A stretch of DNA of 64,000 nt from an uncultured SAR86 cluster bacterium (GTDB lineage Bacteria > Pseudomonadota > Gammaproteobacteria > Magnimaribacterales > D2472): positions 20,954-84,953 of the forward strand of contig CABZRR010000003.1 in NCBI GenBank assembly GCA_902528215.1. Direction: 5' to 3'. The notes under the pieces are model-generated. The model ran no database searches. It had not been told where the DNA came from and saw only the letters and a program-made list of their open reading frames with translations. The position numbers were made by a program, and so were the translations under genes. Shown here piece after piece: positions 41,520-50,501 of this stretch (positions are counted from its first letter, which is position 1; every line of letters starts with the position of its first letter).

Positions 41520-41999
41520 TTATAAGATTTTTTGTAATTCAGATTCAATCTCTGATTCGCCGTCTTTGGGAGCAAATCTCTTAACTACCTGACCATCTTT
41601 ATTAACGAGGAATTTAGTAAAATTCCATTTAATTGCTTCTGTGCCCATGATTCCAGGAGATTCATGTTTAAGAAATTTAAATAAAGGGCTAGCATCTGAT
41701 CCGTTTACATCAATTTTATCGAACATCTTGAATGAAACACTGTAATTAAGATCACAAAATGATTTCACTTCTTCATTCGTACCAGGCTCTTGAGCGCCAA
41801 ATTGATTACATGGGAAGCCAAAAACTTCTAATCCTTGATCTTGATATTTTTCATATAAGTTTTGTAAATCTTTATATTGAGGAGTAAAGCCGCATTTACT
41901 AGCTACATTGACAATTAATAATGTTTTGCCTTCATAGGAACTTAAATCAACTAAATTCATATCTATGTCTTTGACACTTATGTTGTATAACTCACTCAT
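41520..41999 (-). CDS. glutathione peroxidase (Cys type)
   Basis: NVASKCGFTPQY, FPCNQFGAQEPG, WNFTKFLV. The catalytic residue is encoded as Cys, not by TGA. Confidence 0.93.
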   Translation of the reverse strand: MSELYNISVKDIDMNLVDLSSYEGKTLLIVNVASKCGFTPQYKDLQNLYEKYQDQGLEVFGFPCNQFGAQEPGTNEEVKSFCDLNYSVSFKMFDKIDVNGSDASPLFKFLKHESPGIMGTEAIKWNFTKFLVNKDGQVVKRFAPKDGESEIESELQKIL

Positions 42000-42055
42000 A
42001 TTAATCTCCTCTTTTGAGTTAAGATTATACGCAATAAAACCAATATAATCTCAGC

Positions 42056-43357
42056 ATGGAATTTAAATGGAAATCATACTCTGCTCTTACGAAACAAGAG
42101 CTATATGAACTATTGAATCTTCGTCAGCAAGTTTTTGTTGTTGAGCAAGATTGTCCATTTATTGATGCCGATTTTAAAGATCAAGATAGTGATCATCTAC
42201 TTGCATATCAAGATTCTGAACTAGTCGGCTATTTGAGAGTTGGTAAACCTGATCAGAGATATGATGGTCCTGAAATTGGGAGAGTTTTAACTAAAGAGAG
42301 TAGCAGAGGAGAAGGTTTAGGCAAAATTCTTACTAAGAAGGCCATTGATTTTTGTTCTTTAAAGTATCCTAAATATGATATCAGTCTTTCAGCACAATAT
42401 AGATTATTAAATTTTTATAAAGAACTTGGGTTTGAGTCAATTGGAGAAGTTTATTTAGAGGATGATATTGACCATATAAAGATGACTTTAACACCAAAAG
42501 AAAAAACTAAATATTTTTTTCAGTGGAAATTTGATATCCACCCTTTGATTATTCTTGGTGGAATTATTTCTATTTTGATAATTGGATCGAGTTTTATTAA
42601 AGAGGTTGATATCACTCAATTGAATTGGGTAGCTAAAATTGATGAGAGAGCAATCTCGAAAGAGAAATATCAGTCGTATTTAGAATCAATAGCTCAATCA
42701 AGAAAGGCAGGTTTGATAGATTCTGATCCTGAAAATATCCTTGAAAGAATGATAGATGAGGAACTACTTATTCAAAGGGGTATTGATCTTGGAATGATTG
42801 AGAATGATTCTGAGATTCGAAGCATGATCATACAAAAGATGATCAGTTCGATTATTTCAGATGCAAATGATTTAACAATTTCTCAGAATGATTTAGAAAA
42901 TTTTTATTCACTTAACGAAGATCTTTTTACTCCAAGCCCAAAGCTCCATCTTATAAAGTTAAGTTTTAAATCCAACAAAAAAGAGCTTGCAATTAAGGCA
43001 AGAGATTTATTAATTGCAGGAGATTTTGCAAACGCAAAATCTCTTGCTGAAAATGAAGTGATTACACTGCCAAATACTATATTGCCTACTATGAAAATCA
43101 GAGAATACATAGGACCCACTTTAACTCAAGTTGCTTTAGGCCTTGAGGAGGGTGAAGTCAGTGAATTGATAGAGTTTGATGAACGAGCTCATATTTTGAT
43201 ACTAATCAAAAAGATAATTTCAAGCGCTCCTCCATTTGGTGATGTTTCAAAAGAAGTAAAATCAGAATATATTCGTTATCAAGGAGAGCAAATGCTTGAT
43301 GAATATTTAGAAGATCTAAGAAATTGGTACGATGTTGTAAAAGCGAATGAATTATAA
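42056..43357 (+). CDS. fusion protein: ElaA-type GNAT acetyltransferase + TM helix + SurA-N/parvulin-like (PpiC-type) domain
   Basis: - aa 1-150 align along their full length with ElaA (LYELLNLRQQVFVVEQDCPFIDAD...LLNFYKELGFESIGEVYLEDDIDHIKM).
- aa about 160-182 form a hydrophobic helix (HPLIILGGIISILIIGSSF).
- The remainder resembles the 59046..59846 parvulin-like protein (EELLIQRGIDLGM...KLHLIKLSF...ERAHILILIKK). Confidence 0.7.
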   Translation: MEFKWKSYSALTKQELYELLNLRQQVFVVEQDCPFIDADFKDQDSDHLLAYQDSELVGYLRVGKPDQRYDGPEIGRVLTKESSRGEGLGKILTKKAIDFCSLKYPKYDISLSAQYRLLNFYKELGFESIGEVYLEDDIDHIKMTLTPKEKTKYFFQWKFDIHPLIILGGIISILIIGSSFIKEVDITQLNWVAKIDERAISKEKYQSYLESIAQSRKAGLIDSDPENILERMIDEELLIQRGIDLGMIENDSEIRSMIIQKMISSIISDANDLTISQNDLENFYSLNEDLFTPSPKLHLIKLSFKSNKKELAIKARDLLIAGDFANAKSLAENEVITLPNTILPTMKIREYIGPTLTQVALGLEEGEVSELIEFDERAHILILIKKIISSAPPFGDVSKEVKSEYIRYQGEQMLDEYLEDLRNWYDVVKANEL

Positions 43358-44534
43358 AAAAATATTTATCGTATTTTTTCTTATTTTGCTTCCCTCGCTG
43401 GAAGCTCATAATCGAAGTGAGTCGTATTCCAAATTCCAATTTCTTAATGTTGAGGAAGGGGTTGAAATAAAAGTTACCGGAACTATTAAACAAAGCATTT
43501 TTAGGCTTTTAAGGCCTGATACAAAATATAGATCATATTCAGAATTTATAACTTATCTTCAAAATTCAATTGATTTGGGAGATCAGTGTCAGATTCAAGA
43601 ATCAGTAACATTCAATGAAAATAATGCAGCTGGGGTCTTAAAGTTTTTTTGGGATTTCAAATGCGTGGAAATGCCATCGCAGGTATCTATTTCTCTATTT
43701 CAAGATTTAGGCCTAACTCATACACATATTGCAAGAGGATTAATAGATGAAGAAACAATTCCTGAATTTATGTTTGCTAATTCATCTGATGTCTGGTTTG
43801 TTAATTCCTTGTCAGAATCAAAGAAGAACCAAAGTTCTTACCTAAGTTATTTATTTTCTGGAATTGAACATATTTTGGGTGGTTGGGATCATCTTGTTTT
43901 TTTGCTAGGCCTGTTATTATTGTATAAAGGTAGACTCTTAATAATTGCAATTACTGGATTTACCATTGGCCATAGCTTAACTTTGGGATTTGGTGCAATG
44001 AATGTTTTAAGAGTTCATTCAGTGATGGTAGAAATCCTAATTGGATTTTCGATATTACTTTTGGCCTTAGAGAAGTTTTTTAAACAAAATTATGAATTTG
44101 ACAGATTCATAAAAAATTTCATCTTTGCAGTTTTAGCATTTACTCCTCTAGTAATTTTTGGAACTTTAGACCCTATGTTAATTTTTGGTTTAGCCTTATT
44201 TTTAACTATTTATCTGAGCTTGACTATGCATTATAACTCTCTATACCTGCCACTATTGATAACTGTATTTTTTGGATTAATTCATGGATTGGGATTTGCA
44301 GGAGCTATATCTGAAGTCGGTTTACCTCAAGATAAATTGTTACCAATTATTTTAAGTTTTAATATCGGCGTTGAGATTGGTCAACTTGCAGTTGCATTTG
44401 GAATCTTGGGCATATTAGCTCTAACAAAAAGGTATCTTTCAAATGTCTATTTTAATTCTATTCATAATTTTGCAGGTGTTGTAGTATTCTCTATGGGAAC
44501 TTTTTGGTTTATTACTAGGGCAATAGGAATATGA
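43347..44534 (+). CDS. HupE/UreJ-like membrane protein with an about 150-aa periplasmic N-domain (copy 1)
   Basis: Signal peptide with predicted cleavage SLEA/HNRSE (N-terminal His), a Cys-containing soluble domain, then a membrane core with GIEHILGGWDHLVFLLGLLLL and LIHGLGFAGAISE. It overlaps the upstream gene by 11 nt. Confidence 0.7.
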   Translation: MNYKKIFIVFFLILLPSLEAHNRSESYSKFQFLNVEEGVEIKVTGTIKQSIFRLLRPDTKYRSYSEFITYLQNSIDLGDQCQIQESVTFNENNAAGVLKFFWDFKCVEMPSQVSISLFQDLGLTHTHIARGLIDEETIPEFMFANSSDVWFVNSLSESKKNQSSYLSYLFSGIEHILGGWDHLVFLLGLLLLYKGRLLIIAITGFTIGHSLTLGFGAMNVLRVHSVMVEILIGFSILLLALEKFFKQNYEFDRFIKNFIFAVLAFTPLVIFGTLDPMLIFGLALFLTIYLSLTMHYNSLYLPLLITVFFGLIHGLGFAGAISEVGLPQDKLLPIILSFNIGVEIGQLAVAFGILGILALTKRYLSNVYFNSIHNFAGVVVFSMGTFWFITRAIGI

Positions 44535-45403
44535 AATTTGCAATACCTTTATCAATTTTACCAATGGATGAAATTAAACCATTGGGGATTGCTGCAGATG
44601 AAATTGGTTATGATTTTCTTGCGGTCTCAGATCATTTAATTCACCCAGAAACATTTTCTGTACCATATCCATACACTGATGATGGAAGTGTAAGATGGGA
44701 GCAGGGTACCGATTGGCCTGATCCTGTTAGCACTCTATCTTTTTTAGCTGGAGCAACTAAAAACATTAGATTTTATACTAGTGTATATGTTCTACCGGCA
44801 AGGAATCCACTAAGGGTTGCAAAAGAGGTCTCAACTCTCGATATAGTTTCCAATGGCAGATTTGATCTTGGTGTTGGCATGGGCTGGATGCCTGAAGAAT
44901 TTGAGGCTGGTGGACAAGAATTTAGGCGAAGAGGCGCAAGAGCAGATGAAATGCTTGAGATTATGAAATTACTTTGGTCTGGGAAAATGGTAGATTTTAA
45001 AGGGAAATTTTTTAACTTTAAAAAATTAGAAATGCTTCCTGCTCCAAAGAATGATATACCAATTTATGTGGGAGGTTTTTCAGAACCAGCAATAAAAAGA
45101 GCTGCAAGTCATGATGGATGGATTTCAGATATGCACAGTTTAAGTGAGCTAGAAGAATTAATGAACAAAGTTAACTTAAAAAGAAAAGAGTTTCCAGATA
45201 AGGAAAACTACGAATATATTTGTTTTACTTGTTGGGATGCCTTTAGTAAGGATGGCTTCAAGAAGATGAAAGATTTAGGTGTCACAACCATGACAACTTA
45301 TCCATGGATGTTATATGGAATTATGAATGATGCTCCTATAGAGCAAAAGATAGAAGGCATGCAAAAATTTTATAACGAAATTGTTTGCGAGCTTCGTCAT
45401 TAG
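44531..45403 (+). CDS. luciferase-like (LLM class) flavin/F420-type oxidoreductase
   Basis: AVSDHLIHP..., GRFDLGVGMGWMPEEFEA, IPIYVGGFSEPAIKRAA. It resembles the Rv2161c-type LLM subfamily. An ATGA overlap links it to the upstream gene. Confidence 0.75.
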   Translation: MKFAIPLSILPMDEIKPLGIAADEIGYDFLAVSDHLIHPETFSVPYPYTDDGSVRWEQGTDWPDPVSTLSFLAGATKNIRFYTSVYVLPARNPLRVAKEVSTLDIVSNGRFDLGVGMGWMPEEFEAGGQEFRRRGARADEMLEIMKLLWSGKMVDFKGKFFNFKKLEMLPAPKNDIPIYVGGFSEPAIKRAASHDGWISDMHSLSELEELMNKVNLKRKEFPDKENYEYICFTCWDAFSKDGFKKMKDLGVTTMTTYPWMLYGIMNDAPIEQKIEGMQKFYNEIVCELRH

Positions 45404-45457
45404 TCCTTTTTAGCGTTAATAGAACTCTCAAAAACCTATAATTGTTATAATAAGCTC

Positions 45458-46462
45458 ATGAAGCTAGTTAGACTTGTAAAAAGCTCAGACTTAAAAAACG
45501 TTGAGCATTTAATCAAGAATTCTGGCGCAGGCATGACCACTATGCCTAAAACAAGTAAAGAAATAAAAAAGAGATTACTTTGGTCCGAAAGATCTCAGAA
45601 AAAGAATATTAAAAAACCCAATCATGATAGCTACTTATTTGTTCTGGAGGATAATAATAAGATTGTAGGACTATCAGCAATTTACACTTCGGTTTCTAAA
45701 AAAAAACCTTCAGTTTTTTTTAAGAAATCAAATTTAACACTCAAATCTAATTCCTTAAACTTTAGTAAAGATCTAGATGTCCTTTCAATGTATTTGTATA
45801 AAAAACCCTACACAGAGATAGGGACTTTATTTCTAAAGCCAGCTTTTCGGGGCAAAGGAGGAGGTTCATTACTTTCATATGCAAGATTTATTTTTATGTC
45901 AATAGATCAGAAGAGATTTGATAAAACTGCTTTTGTTGAAATAAGAGGTTTTAAAAATAATCAAGGAGAGTCTTATTTTTGGAGTTTATTTAGCAAAACC
46001 TTCTTTAATCTAGATTTTTTTGATGCCGATCAGATAAGTTACATAGATAATCATTTTGTTATGGAGTCAATTCCCATGCATCCTTTTATCATTGAGCATA
46101 TGCCTCAAAAACTGCAAAGAGTTATTGGAAAGCCTCACCCTAATGCTTTGCCAGCATATTCTTTATTGGCTAAACAGAACTTTGAGGCCAATGGTTTGAT
46201 TGATGTTCTATATGGTGGGCCATGCCTTGAAACAAAGATTGAAAATATACCCATAGTTAAATCAGCAAAATTATATTCCGTTGAAATAAAGCGTAATATT
46301 GATCTTAATTCTTTTGGTCTTGTAGCAAATCCATCAATCAAAAACTTTGCAGTAGTTAGGGAAAACTACGCCCTTAGTGAAGATAAGAAAAAAATATTTA
46401 TTACAAAAAAAGTAGCTAATGCTTTAAGACTAAACTCAGGATCATTAGCTCTAGTTAATTAG
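45458..46462 (+). CDS. astA: arginine N-succinyltransferase (AstA) family protein
   Basis: Collinear with AstA: VRLVKSSDL...GAGMTTMP...YLFVLED...GTLFLKPAFRGKGGGSLLSYARFIFM...FVEIRGF...PFW...GGPCLE. Confidence 0.75.
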   Translation: MKLVRLVKSSDLKNVEHLIKNSGAGMTTMPKTSKEIKKRLLWSERSQKKNIKKPNHDSYLFVLEDNNKIVGLSAIYTSVSKKKPSVFFKKSNLTLKSNSLNFSKDLDVLSMYLYKKPYTEIGTLFLKPAFRGKGGGSLLSYARFIFMSIDQKRFDKTAFVEIRGFKNNQGESYFWSLFSKTFFNLDFFDADQISYIDNHFVMESIPMHPFIIEHMPQKLQRVIGKPHPNALPAYSLLAKQNFEANGLIDVLYGGPCLETKIENIPIVKSAKLYSVEIKRNIDLNSFGLVANPSIKNFAVVRENYALSEDKKKIFITKKVANALRLNSGSLALVN

Positions 46463-46523
46463 CACCTTAAATTCTAAGATATAGTTTCAAAGTTCGAAAA
46501 GATATTTGATAGAATCTTCTTTT

Positions 46524-46541
46524 ATCTATATAAATATAGAT
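46524..46541. repeat. perfect 8-2-8 inverted repeat ATCTATAT-AA-ATATAGAT (candidate operator upstream of the acyl-CoA synthetase gene)
   Basis: Read directly from the sequence. It lies 26 nt upstream of ATG 46567, in a 104-nt intergenic gap. Confidence 0.6.
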
Positions 46542-46566
46542 CTAATTTCATTTTTTTGGGGAAAAA

Positions 46567-48375
46567 ATGCTTAATCAGATTAAAGAATTTTTCAGAGTTT
46601 TGGGTGAGCTAAAATATCTTATTCCAGTCCTTAGATATAAATTTCCTGATCCTGAGGATAATGCTTCCTTAGCACACTCTTTTCAAGACACTTCAGACAG
46701 ATTTTCGGATAGGCCATTTTTGTACTTTGAAAATGAGGATTGGACCTATGGCCAAACGAATAAAGCTGCTAATGCTCTAGCAAGATATCTAAAAAAAACA
46801 GGAGTCAATCATGGCGACAGAATTGTTCTGTTCATGGAAAATAGACCAAGCTTTGTTGTTTCTTTGTTAGCCTTAAATAAGATTGGAGCAATAGCCGTCT
46901 TAATTAATACGAGTTTAACTGGTGATCCATTAATTCATTGCATAAATTCATCTGATTCAATTAAATGTATTTTTGGTGCGGAGCGTTCACAACCACTGGA
47001 GGATGTTTTAGACAAGATTAATATTTCCAAGCAAGAAGATTTTTTATGGGTTGAAGATACTTCAAAATATTCTTTACCAAATTGGGCTATGGATTTAAAC
47101 ACTGCTGTAGATCTCAATAATGATCAGAACCTTGATGAAACTAATTTTGTAAAAGCAAAAGATGTAGCATGCTATATCTTTACTTCTGGCACTACAGGAG
47201 TACCAAAAGCGGCAATTTGTCCTAATCAAAAACTTTTGGCAGCTTCTATAAATATAAAAATGGCTGGTTATCGCATTGATGAAAATGATTGTATGCACAA
47301 CAGCCTTCCTCTCTATCATTCAACTGGTCTTTTGTTAGGCCTTTGTGCTGTTATCCAAGCTGGCGCATCCACTTTTATAAAAAGAAAATTTTCTGCGTCT
47401 ACTTTTTGGGAAGAAGTTCAAAAGTATAATACTACTGCTCTTGTATACATAGGTGAGCTTTGTAGATACCTGGCTAATCATGATCCATCTCCAGCTGAGC
47501 TCAATAATCCTTTAAAAGTAATGGTTGGTAATGGTCTTAGACCAGATGTTTGGGATACGTTTAAAGATAGATTCGCAGTTGAAAGAATTATCGAGATTTA
47601 TGGAGCAAGTGAGGGAAATGCGTTATTCATGAATCTCTTAAATAAGGACAAAACTATTGGAATGACCAATGCCGATGTTGCTTTAATTGAGTATGATGTT
47701 GCCGAAGACAATATTCTGAAAGGTGCTGATGGTTTTTGTATAAAGATAATTACGCATGATCCTGGTTTGCTGATTGTAAGGATTGGCCCTAATGCAGTTT
47801 TTAATGGTTATACAGATGCTCAAGCCACTGAAAAAAAGATATTAAGAGATGTATTTGAAGAAGATGATGCTTGGTTTAATACTGGCGATTTAATTAAAAC
47901 TGTTGATGTAGGCTATGCGTTGGGTAAAACTCATTACCAATTTGTAGATAGGGTTGGCGATACATTTAGATGGAAGTCGGAAAATGTTTCTACCAATGAG
48001 GTAGGAGAGATTCTAAATGGTTTTCAAGATGTCAATATGTCAAATGTTTACGGGGTTAAGATTCCTGGGTGTGAAGGCAGGGCAGGCATGGCAGCTTTTA
48101 GTCTTGAGGATTCTGTAAGCTTCGATTGGCAAGCTTTTTCAGAATATGTTGAAAATAGCCTACCTAAATATGCACGCCCTCTTTTTATAAGAATTATTCA
48201 GGAAATGGATACAACTGGAACTTTTAAGCTGAAGAAAAATGATTTAAGAAATGAAGCTTTTGATATTAGAAAAGTCACAGATCCAATTTACTGTTTGAAA
48301 CCTAATTCTGGTAATTATGAGGTTTTAGATATTGAATGGCTGCAAACAATCAATTCTGAGCAAGCGGGATACTGA
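46567..48375 (+). CDS. long/very-long-chain acyl-CoA synthetase (FATP-like, AMP-binding superfamily)
   Basis: YIFTSGTTGVPKAA (AMP motif), GELCRYL, and TGDL...DRVGDTFRWKSENVST, which is typical of the fatty-acid transport protein subfamily. Confidence 0.85.
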   Translation: MLNQIKEFFRVLGELKYLIPVLRYKFPDPEDNASLAHSFQDTSDRFSDRPFLYFENEDWTYGQTNKAANALARYLKKTGVNHGDRIVLFMENRPSFVVSLLALNKIGAIAVLINTSLTGDPLIHCINSSDSIKCIFGAERSQPLEDVLDKINISKQEDFLWVEDTSKYSLPNWAMDLNTAVDLNNDQNLDETNFVKAKDVACYIFTSGTTGVPKAAICPNQKLLAASINIKMAGYRIDENDCMHNSLPLYHSTGLLLGLCAVIQAGASTFIKRKFSASTFWEEVQKYNTTALVYIGELCRYLANHDPSPAELNNPLKVMVGNGLRPDVWDTFKDRFAVERIIEIYGASEGNALFMNLLNKDKTIGMTNADVALIEYDVAEDNILKGADGFCIKIITHDPGLLIVRIGPNAVFNGYTDAQATEKKILRDVFEEDDAWFNTGDLIKTVDVGYALGKTHYQFVDRVGDTFRWKSENVSTNEVGEILNGFQDVNMSNVYGVKIPGCEGRAGMAAFSLEDSVSFDWQAFSEYVENSLPKYARPLFIRIIQEMDTTGTFKLKKNDLRNEAFDIRKVTDPIYCLKPNSGNYEVLDIEWLQTINSEQAGY

Positions 48376-48401
48376 TTCAATAATTTTAAAGGGAGGGTCT
48401 T

Positions 48402-49571
48402 ATGAGTAATAAGAATTTTGATATCGTTATATATGGAGCTTCTGGCTTTACCGGAAAGCTGGTCGCTGAATACATGCATAAGCAATACGGTCAAGATACA
48501 AGCATTTCATGGGCAATTGCAGGAAGATCTAAAGAAAAGTTGATGGCAGTTAAAGAAACAATAGGCATATCTCATGACGTACCTTTATTAATTGTTGATA
48601 GTAATAATGAATCTAGTATTGCTGACATGGTTCAACAAACAGAGTGCGTTCTCACAACCGTGGGTCCATATCAGCTGTATGGTCTAAATATTATTAAACA
48701 ATGTGCTATGCAGGGAACTGATTATGTTGATCTTTGCGGTGAGCCTGGTTGGATGCATGAGATGATCAATAAATATTCTGCTCAAGCTCAAGAAACTGGT
48801 TCGAGGATAGTTTTTTCTTGTGGTTTTGACAGCATACCTTTTGATTTAGGAGTCTATTTTCTGCAAAAAGAAGTAATTTCTCAACATGGTAAACCTGCTT
48901 TGAACATAAGAGGAAGAGTGCGGGCAATGAATGGTGAGTTTTCTGGAGGTACTGCAGCTTCCTTAATCGCAACCATGGCTTCGCTCAAAAAGAAGCCTGA
49001 ATTGTTTGAAGTGCTTGCAAACCCCTTTGCTTTATCAAATGGATATGCAGGACCTGAACAACCTCGAGATAATAAGCCTTTATACGACGACAAGTTAGAA
49101 ACTTGGGTAGCCCCTTTTTTTATGGCGCCCATAAATACTAAGAATATTCATAGATCTAATGCCTTGATGGGACATATGTATGGAGAAAATTTTTGTTATA
49201 ACGAAATGTGGATTCAAGGCTCAGGTGAAGAAGGTAAAGCGGCAGCAGATTTTGTTAGTAAAATGAATCCTTTGGCTGATGCACCCGAGCCCGGAAAAGG
49301 GCCATCAAGAGAATCAATTGAGAATGGTAATTACGATGTTTTATTTTGCGCTGATTTAGATGATGATTCTGTGATGCATGCTTCTGTCAAAGGGGATTTA
49401 GATCCAGGCTATGGATCTACTTCTAAGATGATCACTGAAAGTGCAATTTGTTTAATCAAAGAATGTTCTAACCTAGATGGAGGTATATATACTCCTGCAC
49501 CTTCAATGGGAGAAAATTTAATTGCTAGGTTGGAAGCTAATGCAGGACTAGAATTTAATCTGGAAAATTAA
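48402..49571 (+). CDS. saccharopine dehydrogenase-like NAD(P)-binding oxidoreductase (trans-acting enoyl reductase-like)
   Basis: FDIVIYGASGFTGKLVAEY Rossmann motif; 389 aa with family-typical length and layout. Confidence 0.7.
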   Translation: MSNKNFDIVIYGASGFTGKLVAEYMHKQYGQDTSISWAIAGRSKEKLMAVKETIGISHDVPLLIVDSNNESSIADMVQQTECVLTTVGPYQLYGLNIIKQCAMQGTDYVDLCGEPGWMHEMINKYSAQAQETGSRIVFSCGFDSIPFDLGVYFLQKEVISQHGKPALNIRGRVRAMNGEFSGGTAASLIATMASLKKKPELFEVLANPFALSNGYAGPEQPRDNKPLYDDKLETWVAPFFMAPINTKNIHRSNALMGHMYGENFCYNEMWIQGSGEEGKAAADFVSKMNPLADAPEPGKGPSRESIENGNYDVLFCADLDDDSVMHASVKGDLDPGYGSTSKMITESAICLIKECSNLDGGIYTPAPSMGENLIARLEANAGLEFNLEN

Positions 49572-49575
49572 TTTG

Positions 49576-50499
49576 ATGAATAGAGTTACAAAAATTTTAG
49601 GTGTTAAATATCCAATTATCCAAGCACCAATGGGATGGATTGCAAGAAGTCAGTTAGCAGCAGCTGTTTCAAATGCAGGCGGATTTGGCATTATTGAAAC
49701 TTCATCGGGTGAAACTGAAAATTGTAAGGCAGAGATTTTAGCTATGTCAAAACTAACTGATAAACCTTTTGGTGTTAATTTACCTCTTTTATTTTTAAGA
49801 GATGAGAGCATGATTGAATTAGTGCTTGAGCAAGGGATCAAATTTGTTACAACCTCTGCTGGAGATCCTGGTAAATATATTCATATCTTAAAAGATGCTG
49901 GCGTAAAAGTTTTTCATGCTGTACCAAGCGTAGCTGGTGCCATAAAGGCCGTGGATGCAGGAGTTGATGGTCTGGTTATTGAGGGAACTGAAGGAGGTGG
50001 ATTTAAAAGTCCAGAGGAAGTAGGTTTAATAGTTTTAATTCAAGCAATCAGAAAACATACAGATTTGCCAATCATTGCTGCGGGAGGAATAGCAGACGGA
50101 GTAGGAATGGCTGCTGCATTTGCTGCTGGAGCTGAAGGCATCCAAATGGGAACAAGGTTTGTTTCTTCGAAAGAGAGTCCAGTTCACGAAAATTTTAAGA
50201 ATTCTATTCTTGACTCTAATGAGCAGGGAACTTGGATTCTTAACAAAAAATCTAAGCCATGTATTCGTGCTTTAAAGACTGAATTTACTGAAATAATTCA
50301 TGAGGCTGGAGTTATGGAAATGACAGATATGATGAAGATTCAAGATCTATATTTTGGGGGCGATATGAACGCCGCACCAGCGCTGACTGGACAATCAGCA
50401 GGTTTAATTGATCAAATTAAACCCGTGTCACAAATAATTGAAGAAACTATTTTGGAATTCAATCAGACTTGTAAAAAAATGTCTTCCCAGACATTTTGA
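49576..50499 (+). CDS. nitronate monooxygenase / FMN-dependent enoyl reductase family (NMO copy 1)
   Basis: YPIIQAPMGWIA...LAAAVSNAGGFG...AAGGIADG...GAEGIQMGTRF. Confidence 0.85.
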   Translation: MNRVTKILGVKYPIIQAPMGWIARSQLAAAVSNAGGFGIIETSSGETENCKAEILAMSKLTDKPFGVNLPLLFLRDESMIELVLEQGIKFVTTSAGDPGKYIHILKDAGVKVFHAVPSVAGAIKAVDAGVDGLVIEGTEGGGFKSPEEVGLIVLIQAIRKHTDLPIIAAGGIADGVGMAAAFAAGAEGIQMGTRFVSSKESPVHENFKNSILDSNEQGTWILNKKSKPCIRALKTEFTEIIHEAGVMEMTDMMKIQDLYFGGDMNAAPALTGQSAGLIDQIKPVSQIIEETILEFNQTCKKMSSQTF

Positions 50500-50501
50500 T
50501 T

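Noticed and set aside
41520-41999. A selenocysteine-type glutathione peroxidase with an in-frame TGA and a SECIS element.
   Set aside because: The catalytic position is a normal Cys codon (VASKCGFT) and the ORF is uninterrupted.
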